A DNA stretch of 64,000 nucleotides from an uncultured Candidatus Rokubacteria bacterium (lineage in GTDB: Bacteria > Methylomirabilota > Methylomirabilia > Rokubacteriales > CSP1-6): the NCBI GenBank assembly GCA_963754315.1, contig CAVWFS010000008.1:544001-608000 (forward strand), in the 5' to 3' direction. The notes beneath the pieces were generated by a model, which was given only the letters and a program-made list of their open reading frames with translations, ran no database searches and was not told where the DNA came from. Positions 63,361-64,000 of this stretch are shown in pieces. Positions within the stretch are counted from its first letter, which is position 1. Every line of letters begins with the position of its first letter. Position numbers and translations under genes: made by a program.

Positions 63361-64000
63361 GACAGGCCGATGGCGCGCGCGATGGCTTCCTGGTGCAGGG
63401 GGCCATCGCCGAAGTCGAGGCGGCGCCGCGATGATGCGCTTGTGGAAACGGTGCAGCGAGTGCTCCTCGCAGTAGCTGATGGCACCGAACACCTGGTGCG
63501 CCTTGCGGGCGACGGCGAGACACGCATCACCCACATAGCTCTTGGCCATGGCGACCGCGGGGGCGACCTCGAGGCCTTGCTCGACCTTCCACGCCGCGCT
63601 GTAGAGCAGCGGGCGCGCGCTCTCCACGTTGCGCAGCAGATCGGCGCACGCGTGCTGAATGGCCTGGAAGGCGCCGATGGGCCGTCCCGATTGCACGCGC
63701 GATTTGGCGTGCTCGACCACCAAATCCAGGATGTGCTGGGCGCAGCCGAGCATCTCGGCGCTGCGCCCGAGAGCGCCCAGACGCACGGCCTGCGCCAGAG
63801 CGTCGGCCCCTTGACCCGGCGCACCCAGGACATCACCAGGGGAGATCCTCACCTCCTCGAAGCTGACCTCGAAGAGCCTCTCGTCCGTCATCGACGGCAT
63901 GGGGGTCACGGTAATCCCGGGTCGGGCGGTCTCCAGGAGGATCAGGCTGGGGCCGGCCCCCTGACGCGCCACCACGAGCAGATAGTGGGCAAGGTGGGCG
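63357..64000 (-). CDS. Acyl-CoA dehydrogenase family protein (C-terminal part; 5' end off window; frameshift near 63425)
   Basis: HAKSRVQSGRPIGAFQAIQHACAD, AMAK, AHQVFGAISY..EH.LH; the C-terminus LDFGDG..H ends in another frame at 63357. Confidence 0.85.

Overview
High-GC bacterial DNA. The gene content (many LLM/SDR/Rieske/CoA-transferase genes, Uma2, DUF222-HNH) is reminiscent of Candidatus Rokubacteria/Methylomirabilota, but that is inference only. Two flanks of ordinary catabolic and redox genes (1-19.6 kb and 46-64 kb) surround a ~23 kb minus-strand operon for an extracellular contractile injection system (eCIS, phage-tail-like). The operon encodes sheath, tube, DUF4255, AAA+ ATPase, a DUF4157 protein with a novel low-GC C-terminal HExxH domain, tube-initiator/LysM, spike hub, gpV, PAAR-like tip, gp25, two baseplate-J-like proteins, a wedge protein and a DUF6519 protein that appears to end in a ComEA-type helix-hairpin-helix domain. 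The eCIS lies between two direct copies of a host segment (21633-22283 and 45585-46426: 3' end of a Rieske oxygenase gene, HEPN remnant, 5' end of a nucleotidyltransferase gene). The copies differ by five substitutions (the four coding ones all synonymous) and a 191-bp microhomology-bounded deletion. No integrase is visible, which suggests recombination-mediated acquisition from a close relative. The baseplate/spike half of the eCIS is full of frameshifts (decay or read errors). Also present are a terephthalate-dioxygenase-like alpha/beta pair and a REP-like palindromic repeat family. No rRNA, tRNA or CRISPR array was recognised. Family assignments come from motif recognition by eye, not database searches.
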